This document shows, one piece after another, positions 12,501-24,500 of a stretch of DNA of 64,000 bases. Location: contig NC_088793.1 in the NCBI RefSeq assembly GCF_011386835.1, positions 71,114,001 through 71,178,000 on the forward strand, in the 5' to 3' direction. Numbering within the stretch: the stretch's first letter is position 1; each line of letters begins with the position of its first letter. A program made the translations under genes and the position numbers. Origin of the DNA: Chrysemys picta bellii (taxonomy: Eukaryota). A model generated the notes under the pieces. The model had not been told where the DNA came from and made no database searches. It saw only the letters and a program-made list of their open reading frames with translations.

Positions 12501-15500
12501 TCATCAAAACTTGCAAATATATTCAGAAAAATCTGGTAAAAGTGAGCTGCAGCAAGAAAGTAAGAGCAAAAAGCTGAAAGGTAGCCCACCTGTGGAAAAT
12601 AGAACTGATAGGTGCGTTTCTACCTGGGAGAAACAAACAACCATTAAGGAGAGATCACAAACAGTTGAATCTCAAGGTGATGAAAAGGGTGAAAGGTCAC
12701 AAAACATAAACAAACAGGACCTTGAAACACTTGATAAAGATGAGAAGAATTTTGCACAGAAAAACAAATCAACTGGAAAGCAACAAGAACAACCAAGAAG
12801 GTCTGGCCGAGTGAATAGTCCACATTCAAAGAACGAAACTGCAAAGAGCCCACACAAATCACATAAGTGCCTCGTGGAAGACTGTAGAAGAGGAACAGAT
12901 GGAGACTGCAAGAAGGATAGGGGAGCAAGTGATCATAGTTCCCGAGAGGCAAGATCTTCACCTTCTACTTCCAGCAACAGAGAGCACAAACATACACGCT
13001 CCAAGGAAAATAGCAGCAGATATGAATGGGAAACTACATATTCAAAATCAGAGAGACACAGAACTGAAGAAAAAAGGAAAAGAGATAAAGAAAACCAGGA
13101 AGAAAGTAGGCATCCTAGAAATGAAAGAAAAGTAACAAAAGAAATTACACACCAGACTGCAAAAGAATCCAAGAAGGTTACAGATGCTACAAAAAATGAG
13201 AGAAACAAATCGTCTAAACCAGAAGAAACACCCAGAGTAGCAGATGGTTTAAAAGAGCACAAAGCTAAAAAAGCTAAAGAAGATAAAAATGGAACAAAAA
13301 AGGAAGATCTAAAACTAAGCTTTATGGAAAAGCTAAATTTAACTCTTTCTCCTGCTAAAACACAGCCTCTCTGTCAAAATAATGGAATTAAAACAGATTC
13401 CAAAAAAGCCAGTAGTGAAGATAGTACTGAGACCCCAGGGCATACAGAAATGTTAACACCTGCCCAACCTATTAGTATTGCTTCAATAGAGCAAACCAAG
13501 GTTCCAGTTCAAACAAACTTGGAACCAAAGACACCTGTTTCTGAGATCAAAACGAAAACTGAAAATGAAGCTTTGACAGAAACTCTAGACCTAGTGCAGC
13601 CTGAAGCTTTGGCAGAAACAGTGGATGCACTGCAACCTGAACTGACTAATGATAACACTGTGTCCTTTCCTGAGGCTGGAATAGAGATGGAAGAGGCAGA
13701 CAAAACATGCACAGCTCCTGAGCTAGAAAGCCCTATGAATCATGATGAAGCTCGGAACATTGATTATGATGACTTGGAGACCATCAGTTCTGATGATTTT
13801 GAGTCCCATAGTGTCGCAGATGATATTAGACAAACGAAGTCAGACTCATTAATGCAAGTGGTAGATACCAATGATGGTGTGTCTGGAGAAAATTTTGAGT
13901 ATCCCGCCAAGGAAAACAGTGCTTTGAAAACTATACCTTACAAGGAGGGCGTGACTACATCCGAGCCAACTGACGGGTATATACCAGCGGATGGGGGCGT
14001 ACCCGTAGTTGATCAAAACACTTGTAATTTGGAGCAAAACTTGCCAGAACCAGAAATCAATGTAGTAACATCTTCTCATAGTGATAAACTAGATCCTAGA
14101 ACTAAAGCAAGAGAAACTAACCCAGTTCCTGCTGACGATGACAATTCAATATTAAGCATTGATCTCAATCACTTGAGGTACATTCCAAAGGTTATCAGCC
14201 CACTGAATAGTCCAATGCGACCACTGGCTAAAGCACTCAGGATGGAGAGCCCTTGCAAAGGACTTGTGAAGAGTTATAACAAAGGTATTAATTTATATTT
14301 TATCCTAGTTTTGTTTTTGATTTTAGATATCTATCCAAAATATGCATTAGTGGGAAGTAAAAATGATTGTCTCTTTGAGATTTTTAAACCCAGAGAATGC
14401 AATTTTGCTTTGTCTATGCCATTACTCTTTCATATTCCCCTTTGTATGTACATTTTATAATGGGAGGGGCGGGGGTGTCTGTGATTGCCTGATTGCAGTG
14501 GGCAATTGGACTTCAGTGTTTGTGATTCACACACATTACATTGGAGTGAAGGAATTTGTATTAACCTCATGCAAAATAAACACACGCAACATTGCCATTT
14601 TAAAAACTTAGTCATTCAAAAGATGGACAGACCAATTAAGGTATCTCATGTAAGTATCTGTTACCTTAGAGTTTATACATTCAATTAGGGTTGATTCATG
14701 AAAATTCATTTTATACAGTCCATTGACAACTATAACTTTTTGATCCACAATGAATGCATAAAATCTTCCAACATATACAGTAATAATTGTATTTGTTGGC
14801 ATCTATATATCTGTTTTTTCAAAAGGATTTAAACCCTACCTTAAATGGAAAAAATGATAGTAACCCAAACTATTGAGTCATTACTGACACCTCCATAATA
14901 TTTTGCACTTCTGTGGCAAAGGATCTCACTGCTCTACAAACATTAGTGAATTAAGCTGTCCAACATCCAAGTAGAGGAGAAAGTAGAAGTAGCTAGGTCT
15001 GATTGAAAGTTTTCCATCAACATTGATTTTTAACAGAAGACTGGGGTTTTGTTTAAATGAATTGCTTTGCAAAAAGTGTTTGGTTTTCTGTGGAAAATTT
15101 AGATTTTTGTTGAAATACACAATGCTCACAAACCAAAATATTTAAGAAAAAACTGTGATTTTTGAAATGCTGCTGCAGTGTCTCATGGGAGTTGCAGTTC
15201 TGGTGCCGCACGCTCCCATTCTCTTTTATGAGCTAGGATCTGCAGCTGGACTTTATCTCCTGTGAGACACCTTGTCTTCTCTCCAAGAAAGGAGACTGAT
15301 GCATTATGAGAGATGTCCTACCAGAAAGATCAGCCTGTAGAGAGGAATGGGAGCACAAAGCACCACAGTGGCATTTCAGAATTGCATTTCAGCTGAAAAC
15401 CAAAACATTAAAATTCTTGCCTAAAATTTAAAAATTTCCATTGGGGGTGGGGGAACATGCACACACTTTCTGATCGCCTCTAATGATATCTCTAGTTACA

Positions 15501-18500
15501 GATGGTAGACTGGGATCAAAGGGAGCAAATTTTTAAAGGTACTGAGGGGTCTAAAGAGGCAGATCAATGCCTAGATGCTTTTGAAAACCCCACTAGATGT
15601 CGATCTCATCTTTAGGTGCCTAAATAACTTTTAAAAATTGGCACCAAATGACTTACCTGTGGGAAAGATGGGAATTGGAGCTGGATCTCCCAACTTCCAG
15701 AGGTGTGTGTTAGCCACTAGACTATTCTTCCCCTCAGTTAAATGAATTTGAATGTCTAAATATGTTTTATAAATATGAGATAGTCAGGATGAAAGTAGCA
15801 GAAAATTTCATACACAAATAATCATTAGAGTGTATTCATTGAGGAGAAATGGGAGAGGGTGAAGAGTTTTTAAATCCTTTTTCAAAGACTTTACTACACT
15901 TCTTTATAATCATTACTTTCTGCAAAACTCAGTTTACTTAGTCCTCTGGAACTCTGCCTATTACACTTGACCAGCGACTCTTACGCCTTTTCATCTGAAC
16001 AGCCATTCATAAATTTGCATACGTGATATTTAACATAACAGCAAATATAGCTGATACTAGTTATAAGAAAATAGAAATAGGGGACCTGAGGAGATTAGAC
16101 CCCAAGTAGATAAATGCCAAACGAAGGACTATCATTTTAAAGTGCATCCCTAGATTTTTTTTTTTTAAATGCTTCTGGTCTAGGACTTGAGCTGCCATAT
16201 TCCAAAGTGTGTGTGTGTATATTAGTACCTTTATAGCTCTGTGTAAACTTGTCTTTTTCACCAACAGAAGTTGGTCCAATAAAAGTTGTTACAGTACCTT
16301 ACCAACCATGTTTCTCTAATATCACGGGACCAACACGTCAATAGCAACACTGCACATATCTCAAAGTAGTAATTTTTATCTTTAAGTTAGACAAATACGG
16401 GGGTGGGCAAACTTTTTTTGGCCTGAGGGCCACATTGGGCTTCTGAAACTGTTTGGAGGGCCAGGTAAGGAAGGCTGTGCCTCCCCAAACAGCCTGGCCC
16501 CTGCCTCCTATCCGCCCCCTCCCACTTCCTGCCCCGTGACTGCCCACCTCAGAATCCCTGACCCATCCAACGTTCCCCCCCCTGCTCCTTGTCCCGACCG
16601 CCCCCTCCCAGAACCCCTCTCCCCAACTGCCCCCCCCAGGATCCCACCCCCTATCCAAACCCCTCCTGCTCCCTGTCCCGCCCCTATCCACACCCCCGCC
16701 CCCTGACAGGCCCCCCCAGGGACTCCCACACCTATCCAATCCGCCCACCCCCTTATCATGCCGCTCAGAACACCAGGACTGGCAGCTGCGCCGCCAAACC
16801 GGAGCCAGCCACACCGCCACACAGTCTAGAGCACCGGGGCAGGCCAGCGGCTCTTGCAGCCGCGCTGCCCGGTAGGAGCTCGCAGCCCGCCCAGAGCCCT
16901 GGGCCTGCTAGTGAAAGCAGGGGGCTGGACTCAATGACCTTTCAAGGTCCCTTCCAGTTCTATGAGATGGGGGAGGGGGGACAGCAGGGGAGGGGCCGGG
17001 GGCTAGCCTCTCAGGCCAGGAGCTCAAGGGCCGGGCAGGATGGTCCCGCGGGCCGGATGTGGCCTGCGGGCCGTAGTTTGCCCACGTCTGCTCTAATAGT
17101 AGTAGCCATTACATCTGTTTTTGATAGGCAAGAAGTTAGTGTCTCCCTTAGTCCTGAAATTCAGTACTCCTCTCTATTATAAATCCTGCTTAGTTCTCCC
17201 AGGATACACTTTATGCATATGCTTTATTTTGACACCTTTTACTTTTTGCTTTAGTTTATTAAAAGTTTGGTTAGGTGGAAAGTTCAGGAGAGTTATTGCA
17301 TAAAGAAAGCTGAAGAATATTGTTTAATAACAAAAGTTGCAAAACTTGTAGAAGGTAATTAAATGTTATGTAACAGTTAGATATCTTTGTCTCCATTCCT
17401 TTCCAAAAATCATTAATGGAATAACAGTTTTACTGCTCTGGAAGCGATATAAAATGAATGTCTAAGAACACTGGCTTCAAACAGAAGAAGGTTTGTTTGG
17501 GGAAAGTAATTATTTTGAATTCATATTTTCTCTTGTTTTTGACACTAAGTGTTGTGAGATGTCCGTGACAAAAGAATATCTAATACCTATGTAATTAAAA
17601 ATATAAAAATTTATTAAATATGGGTGACCAACAAACAAACCCAAACAGCTAAAAATCTTAATCAAATAGTATTTACCACTTAATTACGTATATGTAGATA
17701 TTTTCTTTTTATAATCGGGAGCCAAAATCTGTCTCTTGTAGCTTGATATTGTACTAAGCCTAACCAGATGACTTTTTTTTAAAAAACTCCCAATGGATTG
17801 TTTTTAAAATAAGGTATTAAAAATTGAAAGATCAAACAATTGGTACACTTGATTGTGAGGAGAGAAAAAAAGCAATTTTTGAGTTAGGAGTATTTAAAAA
17901 AAAAAAAAAAAATCCTGACCTTTCCCCTTGTCTCCCACATTTCTGTAATTCAAACAGCTAAACTAAATACTTGTTTATCAAAAATTAATAGGAGGAAGAA
18001 TCTCTTCTGCTGTAGAGTTTGGTTTAACCTCTGGAGTAATCTTTATCTTAAAGTTATCAGCAACTGAAATGAACTTATTGGGTCTGTAGTGCCTAGTGTG
18101 ATGGGGTCCAATCGTTACTTAGTAGATTCATAGATTTTAAGGACAGAAGGGACTATTACATCCCTTTTGGTAACCCTGATGCAGAGAAATGAATGCCAAA
18201 GTAAATGGATTTATGCTACATATTTTGACCTTTTTATGAAACCAGTAAAAGAAAATCAGAATTCATGTGTAAATCTTGTTACGCTTCGTGGTTTCATAGT
18301 TGGATTCTAAGGACACAATCTTGCACAATATTAGCATAACAAGTAACTTACTGGCATAAAGAGTAAAATAGTGAAAATTTTCAAGCATTTTATTTTTCTT
18401 CAAAATATTCAGTGCAGACAATAATATTTTCACCAAACAAAACTTGCATAATCCATACTGGTTTTTAATCTTAAAGACCTGAAAAAATCCCACTGACATC

Positions 18501-21500
18501 AATGGGAGCAGAATGAGGTACTTATTTTTTATCTGTAATCTGCTTTCTCAATGTTGTTCATATCTACCAGAGTTTAAGATCAAATATACTGAGTAGAAGC
18601 TGACAATTCTAAACAGTTAAGCACCCAGTTCTAATAAAAGGTAAACCACTGAGTCGTCTGGATTTTTCCTAAAATGTTTGCTCTGTGTGGAATTGTTTGT
18701 TTATGGATGGTTAACAAACTATTCTCTTTATAGATTTAACTCCTGAAAGCACAGTTGCCTGTCCCTCCAAGACTCTGTCAAATGAAGTAAATAAAGAAAA
18801 TCAAAAGCCAGTTTGCTCACCTGACAAACACTTAGAGATGGAGTCCCAGCTGAGCATATCCTCGGATGAATTAGAAGAAGGAGAAATTGTAAGTGATGAT
18901 GAAAAATCCAAATCAGAAAGAAACTCTGAGAATAGTAAAATATCAAGGGGAAGAGCTTCTCCTGAAACACACAATTTGAGCAGCAGTCCACATAACCAAA
19001 TGAATAAAACTGCATCTTGCAATGAAGATAGTGGAAAATTAGTTTACAAAAAAGGAAATGCAAACAAAAGTAGAGAAAAACATAAAAGTGGAGCTACCAG
19101 ATCGTCAAAGGAAAGAAAGAAAAATAAAACTGTGAGCATTGCTTGCCTTGAAAAAATAGTTCAAATTATTCTTGAACCTTCTACAGTACAAGAAATTATG
19201 CAGATGTTAAAAGCTATACGAAAACAGATAAGGAAAAATTATATGAAGTTCAAGATGCATTTCCCAGTTCAGCATTTTCACAGAATTATAGAATCAGCTA
19301 TTTTGAATTTTACATCATTGATAAAGTACCTCAACTTTTCCAAGATGTCTAGATTAGGTGAGACTTTAAAATTGACACTCTGTGAAACTATAGAGTCTAA
19401 ACTTAGGCATGTTAAAAAGAATGCAACAGTGGAACAGCTTTTTGAACAACAGCTGTCAGATATGAAAAAACAGTTGTGGAAATTTGTGGATGAACGGCTT
19501 GATTACTTATTTGAAAAAATAAAGAGAATTCTAGTAAAACTCTGTGATTTAGTAAGCATCGGAAATGAGAGTGATGAAGGAAAGCTTGAAATCAGAACTA
19601 CACAAAAACAAAAATGCACAACAGGTCATAAAAATGATGTACAGAAATCCAGGAAAAAGTCCCTAAAAGTAAAATCTCAAAAGTCTGAAGAATATGTTCT
19701 TCCTAAACCAGTGGTAAGTTATCAACCATTTAACAAGTGTCACCATGACAAAAATAAAACAGATGCACCAAAAAATGTGATTACAAAATGTCTAAATTCC
19801 ATTGATAATACAAGGAACTCCCAAACCCAAGTGCTGCCCTCTAAGGAAAATAATTTGCAAGGCACCCTAACTCCACTGAAAAGTGCAAGATATGAAAAGG
19901 AAGGCTTTCACATGGTCAGAGATGCTCACAAGTCTGATTTTAATTATGAACTTCTTACAGAACAGCAAACTTCTAGTCTTACATTTAATCTAGTGAGTGA
20001 TGCACAAATGGGTGAAATATTCAAAAGTTTGTTACAAGGCTCTGATCTCTTAGAAAAAAGCATCAGCAGCATTGATACAGATCAGTGGGAGTTCAGGACA
20101 CCAGAAAAACAAGTCCTGGAAAGTCAGAAATGCAGAAATAATCCTGCTTCTGTTATAGAAGAGGCAGTTCCAATAGAGGCCTGTGTGAAATCTAGAACAG
20201 TAGAGGGTATTAATTGGCCTGCAGTTTCACCTGAAAGAGCCTCATCTTTATCATCTAGACTTCAGATGCCAGTTGATCCAGATGTTCTGGATGAAAGCTG
20301 TATGTTTGAAGTTCCCCCAAGTGCAGTTTCCAGCAAAGATGATGAATGCAGTTTACAAAGGAATAAGTCATTTGTTTCCTCTATACTCCTTGAAGATCTA
20401 GCAGTTTCTTTAACTATTCCATCACCTTTGAAATCGGACGCTCATCTTAGCTTTCTGAAACCTGAAAACACATCCGGTTCAACTCCTGAGGGAGTTCTTA
20501 GTGCACATTACAGTGAAGATGCTCTTCTTGAAGAAGAGGATGCTACCGAACAAGACATTCATTTGGCTTTAGAATCTGATAACTCAAGTAGTAGATCAAG
20601 TTGTTCTTCATGGACAAGTCGGCCTATTGTTCCTGGTTTCCCTTGTGACCCCAGCCTACCAATGCAAGCAGTAATAATGGAGAAATCCAATGATCATTTC
20701 ATTGTTAAGATAAGACGTGCAGTGCCATCAACATCGCCAACCCTTGATCAGACTACCCTGACAGAGGAATCACTGGTATCCTTAACCAAGAAAGAAAAGG
20801 AAGAAAATGTATCTGCCAAAATAAAAAAAGATAATCAGGATACCACAGGCACAACTGTGGAAGAAAAAGATTCTAAGAGCGATATGAATGTTATTGATTC
20901 CACTGATGAGCTATGTAATGTCAGTTCTAGACAAGAACAAGCTCATAATTTGCCTGAGCCCCTTAAGGAGCCACATAGTGCCACTGGACAAGATGAAGCT
21001 CCTAACTTGTATAAGCCCTTTTCAGAAACATCAAACAAAAATAGCCATGGTAGTGAAAACACAAGTGAAGACTTTAAGCTGTCTCAGATGCATGAATTGA
21101 AAGTGCCTGAAAACAAGAGAGAAATATGTAACACTTCAGTAGAAAGTCCTGTTAAAGCTGAAGTTGCTTTTCCTTCTGAATGCAGTGTTGATGCATATAT
21201 AGATTTGACAGAAGATATTGCCAATGAAAGTGAAGTAGATTTATGTAATCTTGCAGTGGAATCGACTTTAAAAGTTACAGAACAGGAAATTCATATAGGA
21301 AACTTAGATAAAGGTGATACAAAGGAAGAACCATTAGAGTGCAGTGTTAATGCATATATCGATTTAACAGAAGAGCTTTCCAGTGAGATTAAAACAGATG
21401 AGGGCAACTCTAAAACAAAATCCACTTTAAATGTTGATTTGGGATGCCAGACAAGTCTTGATAAAACTAGCAAAAAGAGAAAAAAGGAGTCTGTAACAGA

Positions 21501-24500
21501 CCATTCCAAGTCAAAAAAAACAAAAAGGGAAACTGAATCATCTAGTGAAAGAAATGATAAAAGTAGTAAGAAGTCTGAGGAGAAAGGTTTAGCTCCCAAA
21601 AGATCTTCCAGTAAGAGGACTGAATTGCCTGAGAATAAAGATCCTTCAACTTCCTCCACGTCGCCACGTAGTCTATATGCCAAAAACATCATTAAAAAGA
21701 AAGGAGAAGTAGTTGTTTCTTGGACAAGGTAAGAGTATTGACAGTATACTCTCTTGGTGGAGGATGGGGTCTGGGGACATGTTTGAAGTATGGGGATGAA
21801 AATTAGTTTAATTGGTGACTGAAGTTCCATATTTCTACAGAATAAACAGTAATGGCCACAGCAATGCAAGCCTCCCCCTGTGCTGCTATAAGTTGAGCCT
21901 TCCTCAGCCTTGTTCAGAAAGGACCTCCTAGTTTGTGAGAGTGATCTAGTCTCCATAGCCATTTACTTCTTGATCTCTCTTCTGAGGGTGCCAGTTAATG
22001 GCGCTAGTGGTTGTGTGGGTTATCTTTTTTGTTTTTTAAACCATATTGACATCTGTTCACTGGAAATGGGTCTGAGACACTAACTCATTTCACAATCCAC
22101 TGAATGGCTATTGGAAGATGGTGTTTTTTCAGTCACTTTATGTGGGTTGGAATCAGAAAGGTGTCCTAACGGAAAAGTATTCCATATCTCATAATTTCTG
22201 ATTTATCTAGCCTCCCAGCAGTGATTTTTGTTTTGTTTTGTTTGGAATTACAGATGAAATTCAGTGTTGAGCAAATGAAATTCAGTGTTGATTAATGTAA
22301 AGTAAGGCATATTAGAAACCATAATCCCAACTATATACAAAACGATGGGGTCTAAATTAGCTGTTACCTCTCAAGAAAGAGATCTTGGAGCCATTATGGA
22401 TAGTTCTCTAAAAACATCCTATCAATGTGTAGCAGCAGTCATAAAAGCTAACAATGTTAAGAACCATTAGGAAAGGGAAGATAATGCCTCTATTTAAATT
22501 CATGATATGCACACACCTTGAATATTGCGTGCAGTCCTGGTCACCCCTTCTCAAAAAAGATATAGTAGAAATGAAAAAGGTACAGTGAAGTGCAACAGAA
22601 ATGGTTAAGGGTGTGGAACAGCTTCCATATGAGGAGAGATTGAAAACACCAGGATTGTTCATCTTGGAAAGAAGACAACGATATGATGGTCTATTAAAAT
22701 CATGAATGGTGTGGAGAAAGTGAATAAGGAATTGTTTGTTATTCCTCCTCATAACACAAGAACACAAGGGGTCAGCCAATGAAATTAATAGGCAGCAAGT
22801 TTAAAACAAACAGAAGGAAATACTACTTCATACAACACACACAATCTATGGAACTCGTTGCCAGGGGATATTGTTAAGGCCAAAAGTACCAAAAGTATAA
22901 CTCGGTTCAAAGTAGAATTAGATATGTTCATGGAGGAAAGGTCCATCGATGGCTATTAACCAGGATGGTCAGGGATGCAGCCCAGTTTTCTGAGTGTCCC
23001 TGAACCTCTGACTGCCAGATGCTGGGGCTGGACAGCAGGAGATGGCTCACTTGATAATTGTTCTGTTCTGTTTGTTCCCTTTGAAGCATCTTAGAGAGAC
23101 AAAGTAGGTCAGGTAATATCTTTTATTATTGGGCCAACTTTTGTTGGTGAGAGTGACAAGCTTTCGAGCTACACCGTGCTGCTGTTCAGGTCTGGGCTTG
23201 TGTGGCTTGAAATTTTCTATCTCTCTCTCCAACAGAAGTTGGTCCAAAAAAGAGATTACCCACCTTGCCTCTCTAATATTTGGGGATCAACACAGATGCA
23301 GCTGCACTGCATACAACTTTGAAGCATCTGATGTTGGCCACTGTCAGAAGACAGGATACTGTGATAGATGGACCATTGGTCTGACCCAGTATGGCCCTTT
23401 TTATGTTCTTGTATAACACTCCTAAATTTTTAACATGAAACCTTTTGACCTAACCATATTTTGTTTTATTTTGAAGTTCTCATTGATTTCTTCAGAAAGT
23501 TAGTTGTTCCTACAAGTGTGTGATTTTTAAAATCAAATATAACTGTTGCTTGAAACAAACAAATCAGTTAAGACAGGGGTGGCCAACCTGTGGCTCCAGA
23601 GCCACATGCGGCTCTTCAGAAGTTAATATGCAGCTCCTTATATAGGCACCAACTCTGGGGCTGGAGCTACAGGCATCAACTTTCCAATGTGCCAGGGGGT
23701 GCTCACTGCTCAACCCCTGGCTCTGCCACAGGCCCTGCCCGCACTCCACCCCTTCCTGCCCCTCCCCTGAGCCTGCAGTGCCCTCGCTCCTCTCCCCCAG
23801 AGCCTCCTGCATGCCTCGAGACAGCTGATCAGGGAAGGAGGGGGAGGCCCTGATCGGAGGGAGGTGCTGGGGGGCTGCTGCTGTAGTACTGTGGCTCTTT
23901 GGCAATGTATGTTGGTAAATTCTGGCTCCTTCTCAGGCTCAGGTTGGCCACCCCGAGTTAAGATGTTGAGAGTGCGCTACAATTTATGATTTATGAAATC
24001 TGTTCTAATTCAAATGCCTGAAGCTTTCTCCTCCTGCTGAACTACCTCCTAAAAGATTATGAAGAGTTCATTTTAAATAGCTAGTCATCACATAAGTTTA
24101 ATTTTATATACTTTGAGTTCTTGTGGAATTTCTAAATAACATACTTTGCACTTGTTGGCATGTAGAACATTTCATCCAAAGATTTCAAACAAACAACTGA
24201 CTCCTCACAGCCACTCTGTGAAGGTGGTATATATGCCCATTTTACAGATGGCTACACTGAAGCCTTGGCTACACTGGCGCTGTATAGCGCTGCAACTTGC
24301 TGCTCTCAGGGGTGTGAAAATGCACCCCCCCTCCCCCGAGCGCAGTGCTGTAAAGCGCCAGTGTAATCAGCACCTGCAGCGCTGCACGTTCGCTCGCAGC
24401 GCTGCAAGCTATTCCCCTCTGAGAGGTGGAGTACTTGCAGCGCTGCGAGAGAGCTCTCTCAGCACTGGCAGCGAGACTACGCTAGCGCTTCACAGCATTG

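Noticed and set aside
14285-14460. Hydrophobic 58-aa extension of ORF 12247..14460 that looks like a TM tail
   Set aside because: Read-through into intron 7 past the donor at 14285; homology resumes at 18734.
21291-21962. 223-aa antisense ORF
   Set aside because: Shadow of the Lys/Ser/Glu-rich exon 8; no recognisable domain.
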